From: Candidatus Poribacteria bacterium | Lineage (GTDB): Bacteria; Poribacteria; WGA-4E; UBA9662 | Direction: 5' to 3' | Assembly (NCBI GenBank): GCA_046582655.1 | Contig: JAYGDX010000353.1 | Location: 1-33,883 of the forward strand | DNA length: 33,883 nt | Shown: positions 18,201 to 26,246 of the stretch, in pieces | Position numbering within the stretch: position 1 is the first letter of the stretch | Layout: every line of letters begins with the position of its first letter | Notes under the pieces: model-generated | The model's input: the letters and a program-made list of their open reading frames with translations, nothing else | Told to the model about the DNA's origin: nothing | Databases searched by the model: none | Translations under genes and position numbers: made by a program

Positions 18201-19661
18201 ATGCTGCACATTCCGCTTCTGCGAGCCGGACAGATTTACCAGAGTCTATCGAAGGTTGAACTGCCGCACAGCCAAACACAAGAACCAATGGCAGTCGTTA
18301 GTCAGGCCAATCCGGGGTTGATTGCTCGTGATTTCATGTCCATGATGGAAAACCAACGGAAATTGGATCCCTTTTCTGTCCAAGATTTAATCAAAATCTG
18401 TCAGCATGCAGGCCAACACTTCATTTATGACAATTTACCCATCGGTGATCAATCCCAATCGCCCTCAGACTATATCGACCAACTTTCTGCTTCAACCGGT
18501 GTGCCTAAAACCCTTTGTGGAAGAAACATGGACAAAATATTCACAGTTTTGGATCAGATGGAGGATGTACTAGGGGGACTGACACGGGGACTTGATCTTG
18601 ACATTCTTGACCGAGGATCAGGGCAGCAACATGGTCGAACACTTGGCTATATTTGCACCACTCATAGTCTCGGAGCGGTCTTGCCCAGTAATTCGGCGGG
18701 AGTCCATTCGCTTTGGCTGCCATCAATACCTTTGAAAGTGCCAGTGGTGCTAAAACCAGGTAGCGCGGAACCATGGACACCATATCGGGTGGCACAAGCT
18801 TTGATCAAAGCGGGTTGTCCACCTGAAGCCTTCAGTTTTTATCCAACCAACCATTCTGGTGCCACCGAGCTTTTGCTCCGGTCGGGTAAAGCCATGCTGT
18901 ACGGTGGACAATCGACCGTCGCGCCGTGGGAATCCGATCCCCGCATTCAAATTCATGGTCCCGGCTGGAGCAAGATCTTAATTGGAGAAGACGCTATCGA
19001 CAACTGGGAAAATCATCTTGATTTATTGGTGGCCTCTACCACCGAAAACAGCGGTAGGTCCTGTATCAATGCCTCTGGTATATGGTTGTCGTCCAATGGA
19101 CGAAGAGTAGCAGAGGCACTGGCAGAGAGGTTCAGCCAGATCGATGCATTGCCACTGGATCATCCCCAAGCTAAACTGGCCGCCTTTACTAATCCGGTGA
19201 TGGCTCACCAACTTTCCGAGATGATCGACAACCAACTTAAAATAGAAGGTGCGATTGATCTTACCGCTGAAATATTCGGCATAGATCGTATAGTTGAAGT
19301 CGACGGATACACTTTTATGTTACCAATGGTGGTTTACTGCACCGATCCAAAGCACCCACTAGCCAACACCGAATTCTTGTTCCCGTTTGTGAGTGTGGTT
19401 GAAACACCGCAGTCACAGATTCTGGATCAGATCGAATCCACACTGGTGGCTACAGCTATTACCAATGACAAAGCTTTTATCGCCGATCTTCTTCATTGTA
19501 CCGACATCGAGCGCCTTAATATAGGACAAATCCCAACCAACAAAATTTCTTGGGATCAGCCGCATGAAGGGAATTTGTTCGAACTCCTGTACCGACAACG
19601 TGCATTCCAGCGTTCAACATCTCCACTAGAGTTTCAGCAACCCGTCGTCGCGTCAGTTTAA
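18201..19661 (+). CDS. aldehyde dehydrogenase-fold protein, EhpG/LuxC-like acyl reductase type
   Basis: VLPSNSAGVH, VVLKPG, catalytic Cys in NSGRSCINAS and EFLFPFV. The usual ELGG motif is replaced by IHGPGWSK. It lies 6-9 bp downstream of the EhpF-like gene. Confidence 0.87.
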   Translation: MLHIPLLRAGQIYQSLSKVELPHSQTQEPMAVVSQANPGLIARDFMSMMENQRKLDPFSVQDLIKICQHAGQHFIYDNLPIGDQSQSPSDYIDQLSASTGVPKTLCGRNMDKIFTVLDQMEDVLGGLTRGLDLDILDRGSGQQHGRTLGYICTTHSLGAVLPSNSAGVHSLWLPSIPLKVPVVLKPGSAEPWTPYRVAQALIKAGCPPEAFSFYPTNHSGATELLLRSGKAMLYGGQSTVAPWESDPRIQIHGPGWSKILIGEDAIDNWENHLDLLVASTTENSGRSCINASGIWLSSNGRRVAEALAERFSQIDALPLDHPQAKLAAFTNPVMAHQLSEMIDNQLKIEGAIDLTAEIFGIDRIVEVDGYTFMLPMVVYCTDPKHPLANTEFLFPFVSVVETPQSQILDQIESTLVATAITNDKAFIADLLHCTDIERLNIGQIPTNKISWDQPHEGNLFELLYRQRAFQRSTSPLEFQQPVVASV

Positions 19662-19692
19662 GGTAAGGTGGCGGGACTACCTTGTTAATATA

Positions 19693-20841
19693 ATGCAATC
19701 TTTCGATTTCAAGCCCAGTATACGTGTTGTTTTTGGAGAAGGCAAGATAGAATTACTGGGGGATTTAGCCAAAGATTTGAATGGAAGCTCTGCTTTATTG
19801 GTATCTGACCCAGAGGTTAGAAGGGCAGGGATAGCAGACAAAGCTATTGACTCTTTAAAAAAAGCTAAGCTCGATGTTGTTATTTTCGATGATGTGTTTC
19901 CTAACCCGACAGTTGAACATGTTCAACATGGTACGGTTTTTGCCAAACAATATAAAGATCTTAACCTTATTGTTGGTTTGGGAGGCGGTAGTACCCTGGA
20001 TTGTGCTAAAGGTATCAACTTTTTGCTCACTAATGGCGGTGTGATGCAAGACTACTGGGGATTTGGTAAAGCAACCAAACCAATGCTACCATCGATTGGA
20101 ATTCCAACCACAGCTGGTACAGGAAGTGAAGCGCAATCTTACGCACTGATTGCTCAGAATGGAACGCATCTTAAAATGGCTTGTGGTGATGAAAAAGCCC
20201 GGTTTCGAACCGTGATTCTTGATCCGAATCTGACTGAGACCGTGCCTGAAAAAGTTGGGGCTGCCACAGGAATTGATGCCATTTCGCATGCGGTGGAAAG
20301 TTATGTCACTACCAAGCGGAACTATGTCTCCCAGATGTTGGCTAAGAAAGCGTGGTATTTGTTGTCGAAAAATTTCGAATTCTCATTGCGTGAAGGCTCC
20401 ACAACAAAATCACGTGGTGAAATGTTGTTGGGTGCACATTTTGCTGGAATGGCGATTGAGTCTTCCATGCTTGGTGCTGCACACGCCTGTGCAAACCCTT
20501 TAACCAGTAGGTATGGTATTACCCATGGGGTGGCCGTTGGATTGATGCTTCCTCACGTGATTGCTTTTAACAGTCACGTGGTGGAAAGACTTTATCGCGA
20601 GTTGCTAATTGCCTCAGGTTCGCATATATTAAAACAAGACGAGGCTGGAGGAAACCTTGTTATACAGATAAAAAAATTAAAAACGGCAGCGAATCTTCCA
20701 GATAAACTCAGAGATTGCCAAATTGATAGGCAGGATTTGCCCCAATTGGCAAAGGAAGCGTCTAGCCAGTGGACAGGGAAGTTTAACCCGCGCCCGATTA
20801 GCGAAACCGAATTGTTGAAATTGTATGAACAGGCTTACTAA
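19693..20841 (+). CDS. iron-containing (group III) alcohol dehydrogenase
   Basis: GLGGGSTLD, IPTTAGTGSEA and Fe ligands DAISH...AAHACA...ITHG. Confidence 0.95.
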   Translation: MQSFDFKPSIRVVFGEGKIELLGDLAKDLNGSSALLVSDPEVRRAGIADKAIDSLKKAKLDVVIFDDVFPNPTVEHVQHGTVFAKQYKDLNLIVGLGGGSTLDCAKGINFLLTNGGVMQDYWGFGKATKPMLPSIGIPTTAGTGSEAQSYALIAQNGTHLKMACGDEKARFRTVILDPNLTETVPEKVGAATGIDAISHAVESYVTTKRNYVSQMLAKKAWYLLSKNFEFSLREGSTTKSRGEMLLGAHFAGMAIESSMLGAAHACANPLTSRYGITHGVAVGLMLPHVIAFNSHVVERLYRELLIASGSHILKQDEAGGNLVIQIKKLKTAANLPDKLRDCQIDRQDLPQLAKEASSQWTGKFNPRPISETELLKLYEQAY

Positions 20842-20868
20842 ATATAAATAGATGAGAGTAAAAAAAGC

Positions 20869-21762
20869 ATGTGTGGAATTGTTGGCTTTTTAGATAAGAC
20901 CAAAAACAGGACCTCTGTTGGAGAGACTATCCTCCAAATGCTGAATGCTTTAGGTGCACGAGGTCCCGATTCTGCTGGGGTGGCATTGTACGGGCAGAAG
21001 AGGAATAAAGGGATGGTGGTGCGGATTAAACTTGGCAGACAAAAAGAAGCCACTTTCATAGTAGAACAGTTGGAAGAATTTGGTTCGATAGATGAGGTTA
21101 AAATCGTAGCTGAGTATCTTCGCCTTGTAATAAATCTTGAGGTAGATACTATGTCATTTTTAAAATTTGTTGAATCTTTAAATCAAGGCATCGAAGTTGT
21201 TAGTCTTGGAACTCAACTTGAAGTGGTTAAACAGGTCGGCACACCACAAAATCTGGAATCTACTTACAATATCTCTGGTTTTACTGGTACACACGGTTTA
21301 GGACACACTCGTCTTTCAACAGAAAGTCGCGTTGATTTAAGCCATTCACAGCCCTTTTGGGCATATGGTTATGCAGATCTTGCTATTGTTCATAACGGAC
21401 ATATTACGAATTACCATACTATGCGTCGGCTTTACGAACAACGTGGTACTAAGTTTCACACCAAAAACGACTCCGAAATCATCGGCATCTATTTCGCTGA
21501 TCAATTGTCAAAAGGAATGGTGCTACAAGAAGTGTTAGAAGCTTCGATTACTGACTTTGATGGTTCGTTCAGCTACCTTGTTTCAACACCGGATAGTATC
21601 GGCTTTGCTAAAGATCCTTTTGCCTTTAAACCGCTTCTATTCACGGAAACCGATGATTTTGTTGCTATTGCAACTGAAGAAATTGCAATTCGTTCTGTCT
21701 TTCCTGGAAACTACACTGTTCGTGAATCACAATCAAAGGAGATACGCTTGTGGCAGAAATAA
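20869..21762 (+). CDS. glxB: class II glutamine amidotransferase; N-methylglutamate synthase subunit A (GlxB/MgsA)
   Basis: N-terminal MCGIVG, RGPDSAG, GHTRLSTES, VHNGHITN and NDSE motifs; adjacent to glxC and glxD. Confidence 0.9.
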   Translation: MCGIVGFLDKTKNRTSVGETILQMLNALGARGPDSAGVALYGQKRNKGMVVRIKLGRQKEATFIVEQLEEFGSIDEVKIVAEYLRLVINLEVDTMSFLKFVESLNQGIEVVSLGTQLEVVKQVGTPQNLESTYNISGFTGTHGLGHTRLSTESRVDLSHSQPFWAYGYADLAIVHNGHITNYHTMRRLYEQRGTKFHTKNDSEIIGIYFADQLSKGMVLQEVLEASITDFDGSFSYLVSTPDSIGFAKDPFAFKPLLFTETDDFVAIATEEIAIRSVFPGNYTVRESQSKEIRLWQK

Positions 21763-22460
21763 TTTGTGAAGGTCAAAGCACCCGCCATATAAATCTTCAG
21801 ATTAAGCAACTCATCAATCAGGGAGAAACTGAGTTCCTTGTCAAGGAATCTAAGGCACAACACAATTTGGGAGTAGCAATTTTGCAACCCGTTGATATCG
21901 TCTTTGACGGTAGTGTTGGTTATTATTGTGCTGGCATGATCGATGGGCCAACTGTAAAGGTCAAAGGAAGCGCGGGTTGGGGATTAGCCGAGTCCATGAT
22001 GAATGGCACGGTTATTGTCGAAGGTTGTGTCGGCAATGGCGCCGCTGCGTCAATTCGTGGAGGAACAGTGGTTATTCATAATGATGCAGCAGCCCGTTTA
22101 GGTGTTTCGATGAAGGGAGGACTCATTCTAGTTGCCGGTAATTGTGGGTACATGGCGGGTTTCATGGCACAGAAAGGAACCATAATCGTTTGCGGTAACA
22201 CTGGTGAAGCTTTTGCAGATTCAATGTATGAATCAGTCTGTTTTGTGGGTGGGGAAATCGCCGAACTTGGAAATGATGCCGTCATTGAAGAACCAACTGA
22301 AGAGGACCTTCGCTTTCTCACCCTCACTTTGTCCAATCATCTACCACAGGAAAACCAGTATCTTTCAAATGATATTCATAAGTATAAAAAAATTGTCTCT
22401 GGACGCAAACTATGGAACTTTAATAAAAAAGAGCGAGAAATATGGAGAGAAGCATTATAG
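21750..22460 (+). CDS. glxC: GXGXG (GltB C-terminal-like) protein; N-methylglutamate synthase subunit B (GlxC/MgsB)
   Basis: HNLGV, GSVGYYCAGM, GWGLAESMMNG and GYMAGFMAQKG motifs; GTG start overlaps glxB. Confidence 0.9.
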   Translation: MAEIICEGQSTRHINLQIKQLINQGETEFLVKESKAQHNLGVAILQPVDIVFDGSVGYYCAGMIDGPTVKVKGSAGWGLAESMMNGTVIVEGCVGNGAAASIRGGTVVIHNDAAARLGVSMKGGLILVAGNCGYMAGFMAQKGTIIVCGNTGEAFADSMYESVCFVGGEIAELGNDAVIEEPTEEDLRFLTLTLSNHLPQENQYLSNDIHKYKKIVSGRKLWNFNKKEREIWREAL

Positions 22461-22567
22461 TTAACAATAAGCCATAAAAATATAAAGTAGTATCAATCTT
22501 TTCTGAATTTTGTCCGGCGACTGCCTGCTTAAATCAATTTATATTCAGTACTAAGGAGATATCAACT

Positions 22568-23923
22568 TTGTCTAAACAAGTTAGCTCAAACTATCAACCG
22601 CTACGACAGAGTGACATATTCACCCCTGAGGTCATTGAAGATATCCAAGTCAAAGCGGAATTAGGACGATACCGCATCCGCGGCTTTGGAACACTCCGTG
22701 AAAGGCGATGGTCGACATTTGACGACTTGACCTTTATTCCCTGTACCTTAACACGGATTCCATTGGAAGGTTATCGCGAGCGTTGCTCACCAACAACCAT
22801 ACTTGGCACTCGATTTGCCAATACACCAATTCAACTTGATATTCCTATTATGATTACAGGCATGAGTTGGGGAGCACTCTCTTACAATGCTAAAGTTGCC
22901 CTTGCTAAAGGAGCAAATATAGTTGGTTCTTCTAATACAACCGGCGATGGCGGAATGTTAAAGGCAGAAAGAGAACATAGTAAAACCCTAATATACGAAG
23001 TTCTTCCATCAAGGTACGGTTTTGATATTCACGATTTGAAAGCAGCGGATGCAATTGAATTAACAATTGGACAAGGTGCCAAGCCTGGCACAGGAGGATT
23101 ATTGCTGGATTCAAAGGTGCTGGATACAATTGCAGAACAACGGGACCTGCCTTTGGGAGTGGATCAACGTAGTCCTGCTAGGCATCCTGACTTTCTGGGA
23201 CCTGATGATATGATCATAAAGATCGAAGAACTACGAGAAGCTACTGACTGGGAAGTACCAATTTTTGTGAAAATGGGAGCAACCCGTGTGTTTGATGATG
23301 TTAAGCTGGCAGCTAAGGCTGGGGCTGATGTGATCGTAGTGGATGGAATGGAAGGTGGAACTGGGGCTTCAGCTGAAATTTGCCAAGAACATACCGGAAT
23401 TCCCACATTGGCTGCCGTCTGTGAAGCGCGAGCAGCGCTGGAAGACATTGGGTTATATGGTGAAGTTCAAATCGTTATCGCTGGCGGAATTCGGCACGGG
23501 GTAGATGCAGCAAAAGCCATGGCACTTGGAGCGGATGCAGTTTATATCGGCACAGCAGCGTTAATAGCGCTTAATTGCAATAAACCCCTGCATATCGAGG
23601 ATTACCACCAACTTGGCACCGAACCGTATCACTGTCATCATTGTCATACTGGACGTTGTCCTGTTGGCATAACAACGCAGGATCCTCAACTGACAGAACG
23701 TCTTGAGATTGACCAAGGTGCAGAACGGGTAGCTAATCTTTTACAGGCCATGACATCAGAAATCCAGATTCTGGCTCGAGCTTGTGGGAAAGCCAATATA
23801 CACAACCTTGATCCTGAGGATCTTCGTGCCTTGAACCTGGAAGCATCAATGATTTGTGGCATTCCGTTGGTGGGAACTAATCGTGTCTTTGGGGATGGTC
23901 CAGGCTGGCAAAGGCGAGAATAA
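22568..23923 (+). CDS. glxD: FMN-binding glutamate synthase family protein; N-methylglutamate synthase subunit C (GlxD/MgsC)
   Basis: GMSWGALS, GQGAKPGTGG, DQRSPARHPD, DGMEGGTGA and the Fe-S motif CHHCHTGRCPVG; TTG start after AAGGAG. Confidence 0.92.
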   Translation: MSKQVSSNYQPLRQSDIFTPEVIEDIQVKAELGRYRIRGFGTLRERRWSTFDDLTFIPCTLTRIPLEGYRERCSPTTILGTRFANTPIQLDIPIMITGMSWGALSYNAKVALAKGANIVGSSNTTGDGGMLKAEREHSKTLIYEVLPSRYGFDIHDLKAADAIELTIGQGAKPGTGGLLLDSKVLDTIAEQRDLPLGVDQRSPARHPDFLGPDDMIIKIEELREATDWEVPIFVKMGATRVFDDVKLAAKAGADVIVVDGMEGGTGASAEICQEHTGIPTLAAVCEARAALEDIGLYGEVQIVIAGGIRHGVDAAKAMALGADAVYIGTAALIALNCNKPLHIEDYHQLGTEPYHCHHCHTGRCPVGITTQDPQLTERLEIDQGAERVANLLQAMTSEIQILARACGKANIHNLDPEDLRALNLEASMICGIPLVGTNRVFGDGPGWQRRE

Positions 23924-23977
23924 CCGCCAAAAGAAATTGAGCCCATTTTTGTTAACTACAATTAAAGTAATCAACAA

Positions 23978-25216
23978 ATGTCACTGAAACTCATCCGTCA
24001 AGCCTTCACCAGCAAAAAATTATTGCCAAAGATGTGGCATTCCCACTCACTGCGGGATAGCTATGATATCGTGATTGTTGGCGGAGGCGCACATGGGCTT
24101 GCATGCGCTTATTATCTAGCCACAAAACACCAGATCAATAATGTGGCTGTCCTAGAACAAAACTACATTGGTTCTGGTGGCAGCGGACGTAATACCGCTA
24201 TCGTTCGAAGTAACTACCTTACACCTGAAGGAGTTAGTTTTTATAATCAGAGTGTAAAGCTCTATGAGCAGATGTCCGATGAGCTAGACTTCAACGTGAT
24301 GTTCAGTCAACGGGGGCACCTAACTCTTGCTCATACCGACGGTGCTGTACGTACCATGCGCCGTCGCGCCGAAGTCAACCAAATCCAAGGTGTGGATTCG
24401 CAACTTATCTGGCCAAACGAAATTTCTCGTCTGTGTCCTTGCTTGGATGTCAGCCAAACCCCCCGCTATCCTATTTTAGCGGCGCTTTATCATCCACCTG
24501 GTGGGATTATTCGGCACGATGCAGTTGTCTGGGGATTTGCCCATCATGCGGACCTGCATGGAATCCATATACATCAACAAACTAAAGTCACTGGTATCAA
24601 CACACAAAACGGGAAGGTAACAAGCGTACAAACAAATCAAGGTAAGATTAAAACTGGAATTGTTCTCAACGCTACTGCCGGTTGGGCCTCAACAGTGGCG
24701 GCAATGGTTGGGATCAAGCTCCCTTTGGTGACTATTCCCTTACAAGCTTGCGTAACTGAACCGTTAAAACCTTTTCTTGATGTGGTAGTGGTTTCCGGTA
24801 GCTTACATGTTTATATCAGCCAATCAAATCGTGGGGAACTAGTGATGGGAGCCAGCGTGGATCCGTTCCCTTCCTATTCAATGGCAGGCTCACTTTCATC
24901 TCTTGAAAGCATAGCCGGCCACGTACTAGAACTTTTTCCATTCTTAAACAAGGTTTGTGTTTTACGTCAATGGGCGGGGATTTGCGAAATGCCTCCTGAC
25001 TACAGTCCGATCATGGGAACAACTCCGGTGGATGGATTCCTCCTGGACGTAGGATGGGGAACTTATGGATTCAAAGCGTCTCCCATCGCCGGCAAAATGT
25101 TAGCAGAATCAATCGCTACGGGCAAGATCCCAGAACTGATTTTGCCTTTTAGGCTATCGCGATTCGCTGAGAACCAACTAGTAGGAGAAAAGGGAGCGGC
25201 CTCAGTGGGACACTAA
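23978..25216 (+). CDS. soxB: sarcosine-oxidase beta-like FAD subunit; N-methylglutamate dehydrogenase subunit A (MgdA)
   Basis: YDIVIVGGGAHGLACAYYLA, GRNTAIVRSNY, RHDAVVWG and GWGTYGFKA motifs; located between glxBCD and gmaS. Confidence 0.93.
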   Translation: MSLKLIRQAFTSKKLLPKMWHSHSLRDSYDIVIVGGGAHGLACAYYLATKHQINNVAVLEQNYIGSGGSGRNTAIVRSNYLTPEGVSFYNQSVKLYEQMSDELDFNVMFSQRGHLTLAHTDGAVRTMRRRAEVNQIQGVDSQLIWPNEISRLCPCLDVSQTPRYPILAALYHPPGGIIRHDAVVWGFAHHADLHGIHIHQQTKVTGINTQNGKVTSVQTNQGKIKTGIVLNATAGWASTVAAMVGIKLPLVTIPLQACVTEPLKPFLDVVVVSGSLHVYISQSNRGELVMGASVDPFPSYSMAGSLSSLESIAGHVLELFPFLNKVCVLRQWAGICEMPPDYSPIMGTTPVDGFLLDVGWGTYGFKASPIAGKMLAESIATGKIPELILPFRLSRFAENQLVGEKGAASVGH

Positions 25217-25359
25217 ATAACACTCATCCATCAAGTATTAAGCCGGAGCAGGCGCACTTCAATTTAGCAAATTTACCGAAATTCTGAAATCCACCCATTG
25301 TCAAAACATTGATCAACATAAACATATCGAAAACCAGCAAAAACAGAATTTAAGGACAA

Positions 25360-25968
25360 ATGAATCAATTAGAACCTAAAAATGATGAAATCATCACCAT
25401 TGTTTCCGGATTACCGCGTTCTGGCACCTCAATGATGATGCAGATGCTGCAAACAGGAGGATTACCCTGTATAACAGACGAACTACGTGAAGCCGACATC
25501 AGTAATCCAAAAGGTTATTTTGAATTTGAGAAAGTCAAGGGGTTACGCATCGACAACTCATGGCTTTCTGAAGCCAAAGGAAAAGCCATAAAAATCATTT
25601 CCCATCTATTATCTTGTCTCCCACCTGAATTGGATTACAAAGTTGTCTTCATGGAACGTAATCTCGATGAGGTCCTTGCTTCTCAACGCAAGATGCTTGA
25701 AAATCAAGGTCGGAGTGAAGGAGATCCTTCAGACAAACGTCTGAGCCAAATCTTTGCCAAACAGCTGTATCAGGTCAAAAAAATGTTGGATGATCGTCAA
25801 ATATCTACACTCTTTGTAAGTTACAGGGACGTATTGGAAAATCCTGTTAAGATCTCTGCCAAGCTTCAAGCTTTTCTTGGAAAGAACTTGGATCAACAAG
25901 CCATAAAAGATGTTGTTGACTATAATCTCTATCACCAGCGGTTAACCCCATTCAAAAGGAATAATTGA
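25360..25968 (+). CDS. sulfotransferase-domain protein (PAPS-binding P-loop)
   Basis: IVSGLPRSGTSMMM 5'-PSB motif, NPKGYFE and 3'-PB-like VFMERNLDEVLASQ; AAGGA RBS. Confidence 0.85.
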   Translation: MNQLEPKNDEIITIVSGLPRSGTSMMMQMLQTGGLPCITDELREADISNPKGYFEFEKVKGLRIDNSWLSEAKGKAIKIISHLLSCLPPELDYKVVFMERNLDEVLASQRKMLENQGRSEGDPSDKRLSQIFAKQLYQVKKMLDDRQISTLFVSYRDVLENPVKISAKLQAFLGKNLDQQAIKDVVDYNLYHQRLTPFKRNN

Positions 25969-26246
25969 TGTTAGTCTTGACTTGTCCTAACTGTGGGAAT
26001 CGGAACGCCAGTGAATTCCGTTTTGGTGGAGAATATAATCCACGTCCTCAAGACCCTTCTGCTTGCAACGATGCAGAATGGACTGATTACCTCTATCTTC
26101 GTAATAACAGAATGGACATGCAAACGGAGTGGTGGTATCATAACGCTGGTTGTGGGATTTGGTTTCTTGCTGAACGAAAAACGCAAACTAATCAAGTCAC
26201 CAAGACATATCTTTGGCAGCCAAATTCCATTGTTGGAAAATCATAA
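25968..26246 (+). CDS. soxD: sarcosine-oxidase delta-like subunit (MgdB)
   Basis: CPNCG.R...EF.FGGE and EWWYH..GC..WF Zn ligands. Its ATG overlaps the sulfotransferase stop (TGATG). Confidence 0.92.
   Translation: MLVLTCPNCGNRNASEFRFGGEYNPRPQDPSACNDAEWTDYLYLRNNRMDMQTEWWYHNAGCGIWFLAERKTQTNQVTKTYLWQPNSIVGKS

Noticed and set aside
17103..19661. Phenazine biosynthesis cluster or lux bioluminescence operon
   Set aside because: Only the EhpF/EhpG-like (LuxE/LuxC-analogous) pair is present; there is no phzABDEFG or luxAB/luxD in the window.
18198..20841. Bacterial microcompartment locus (ALDH + Fe-ADH pair)
   Set aside because: No BMC shell protein genes or phosphotransacylase in the window, and the ALDH is EhpG-like rather than PduP/EutE-like.
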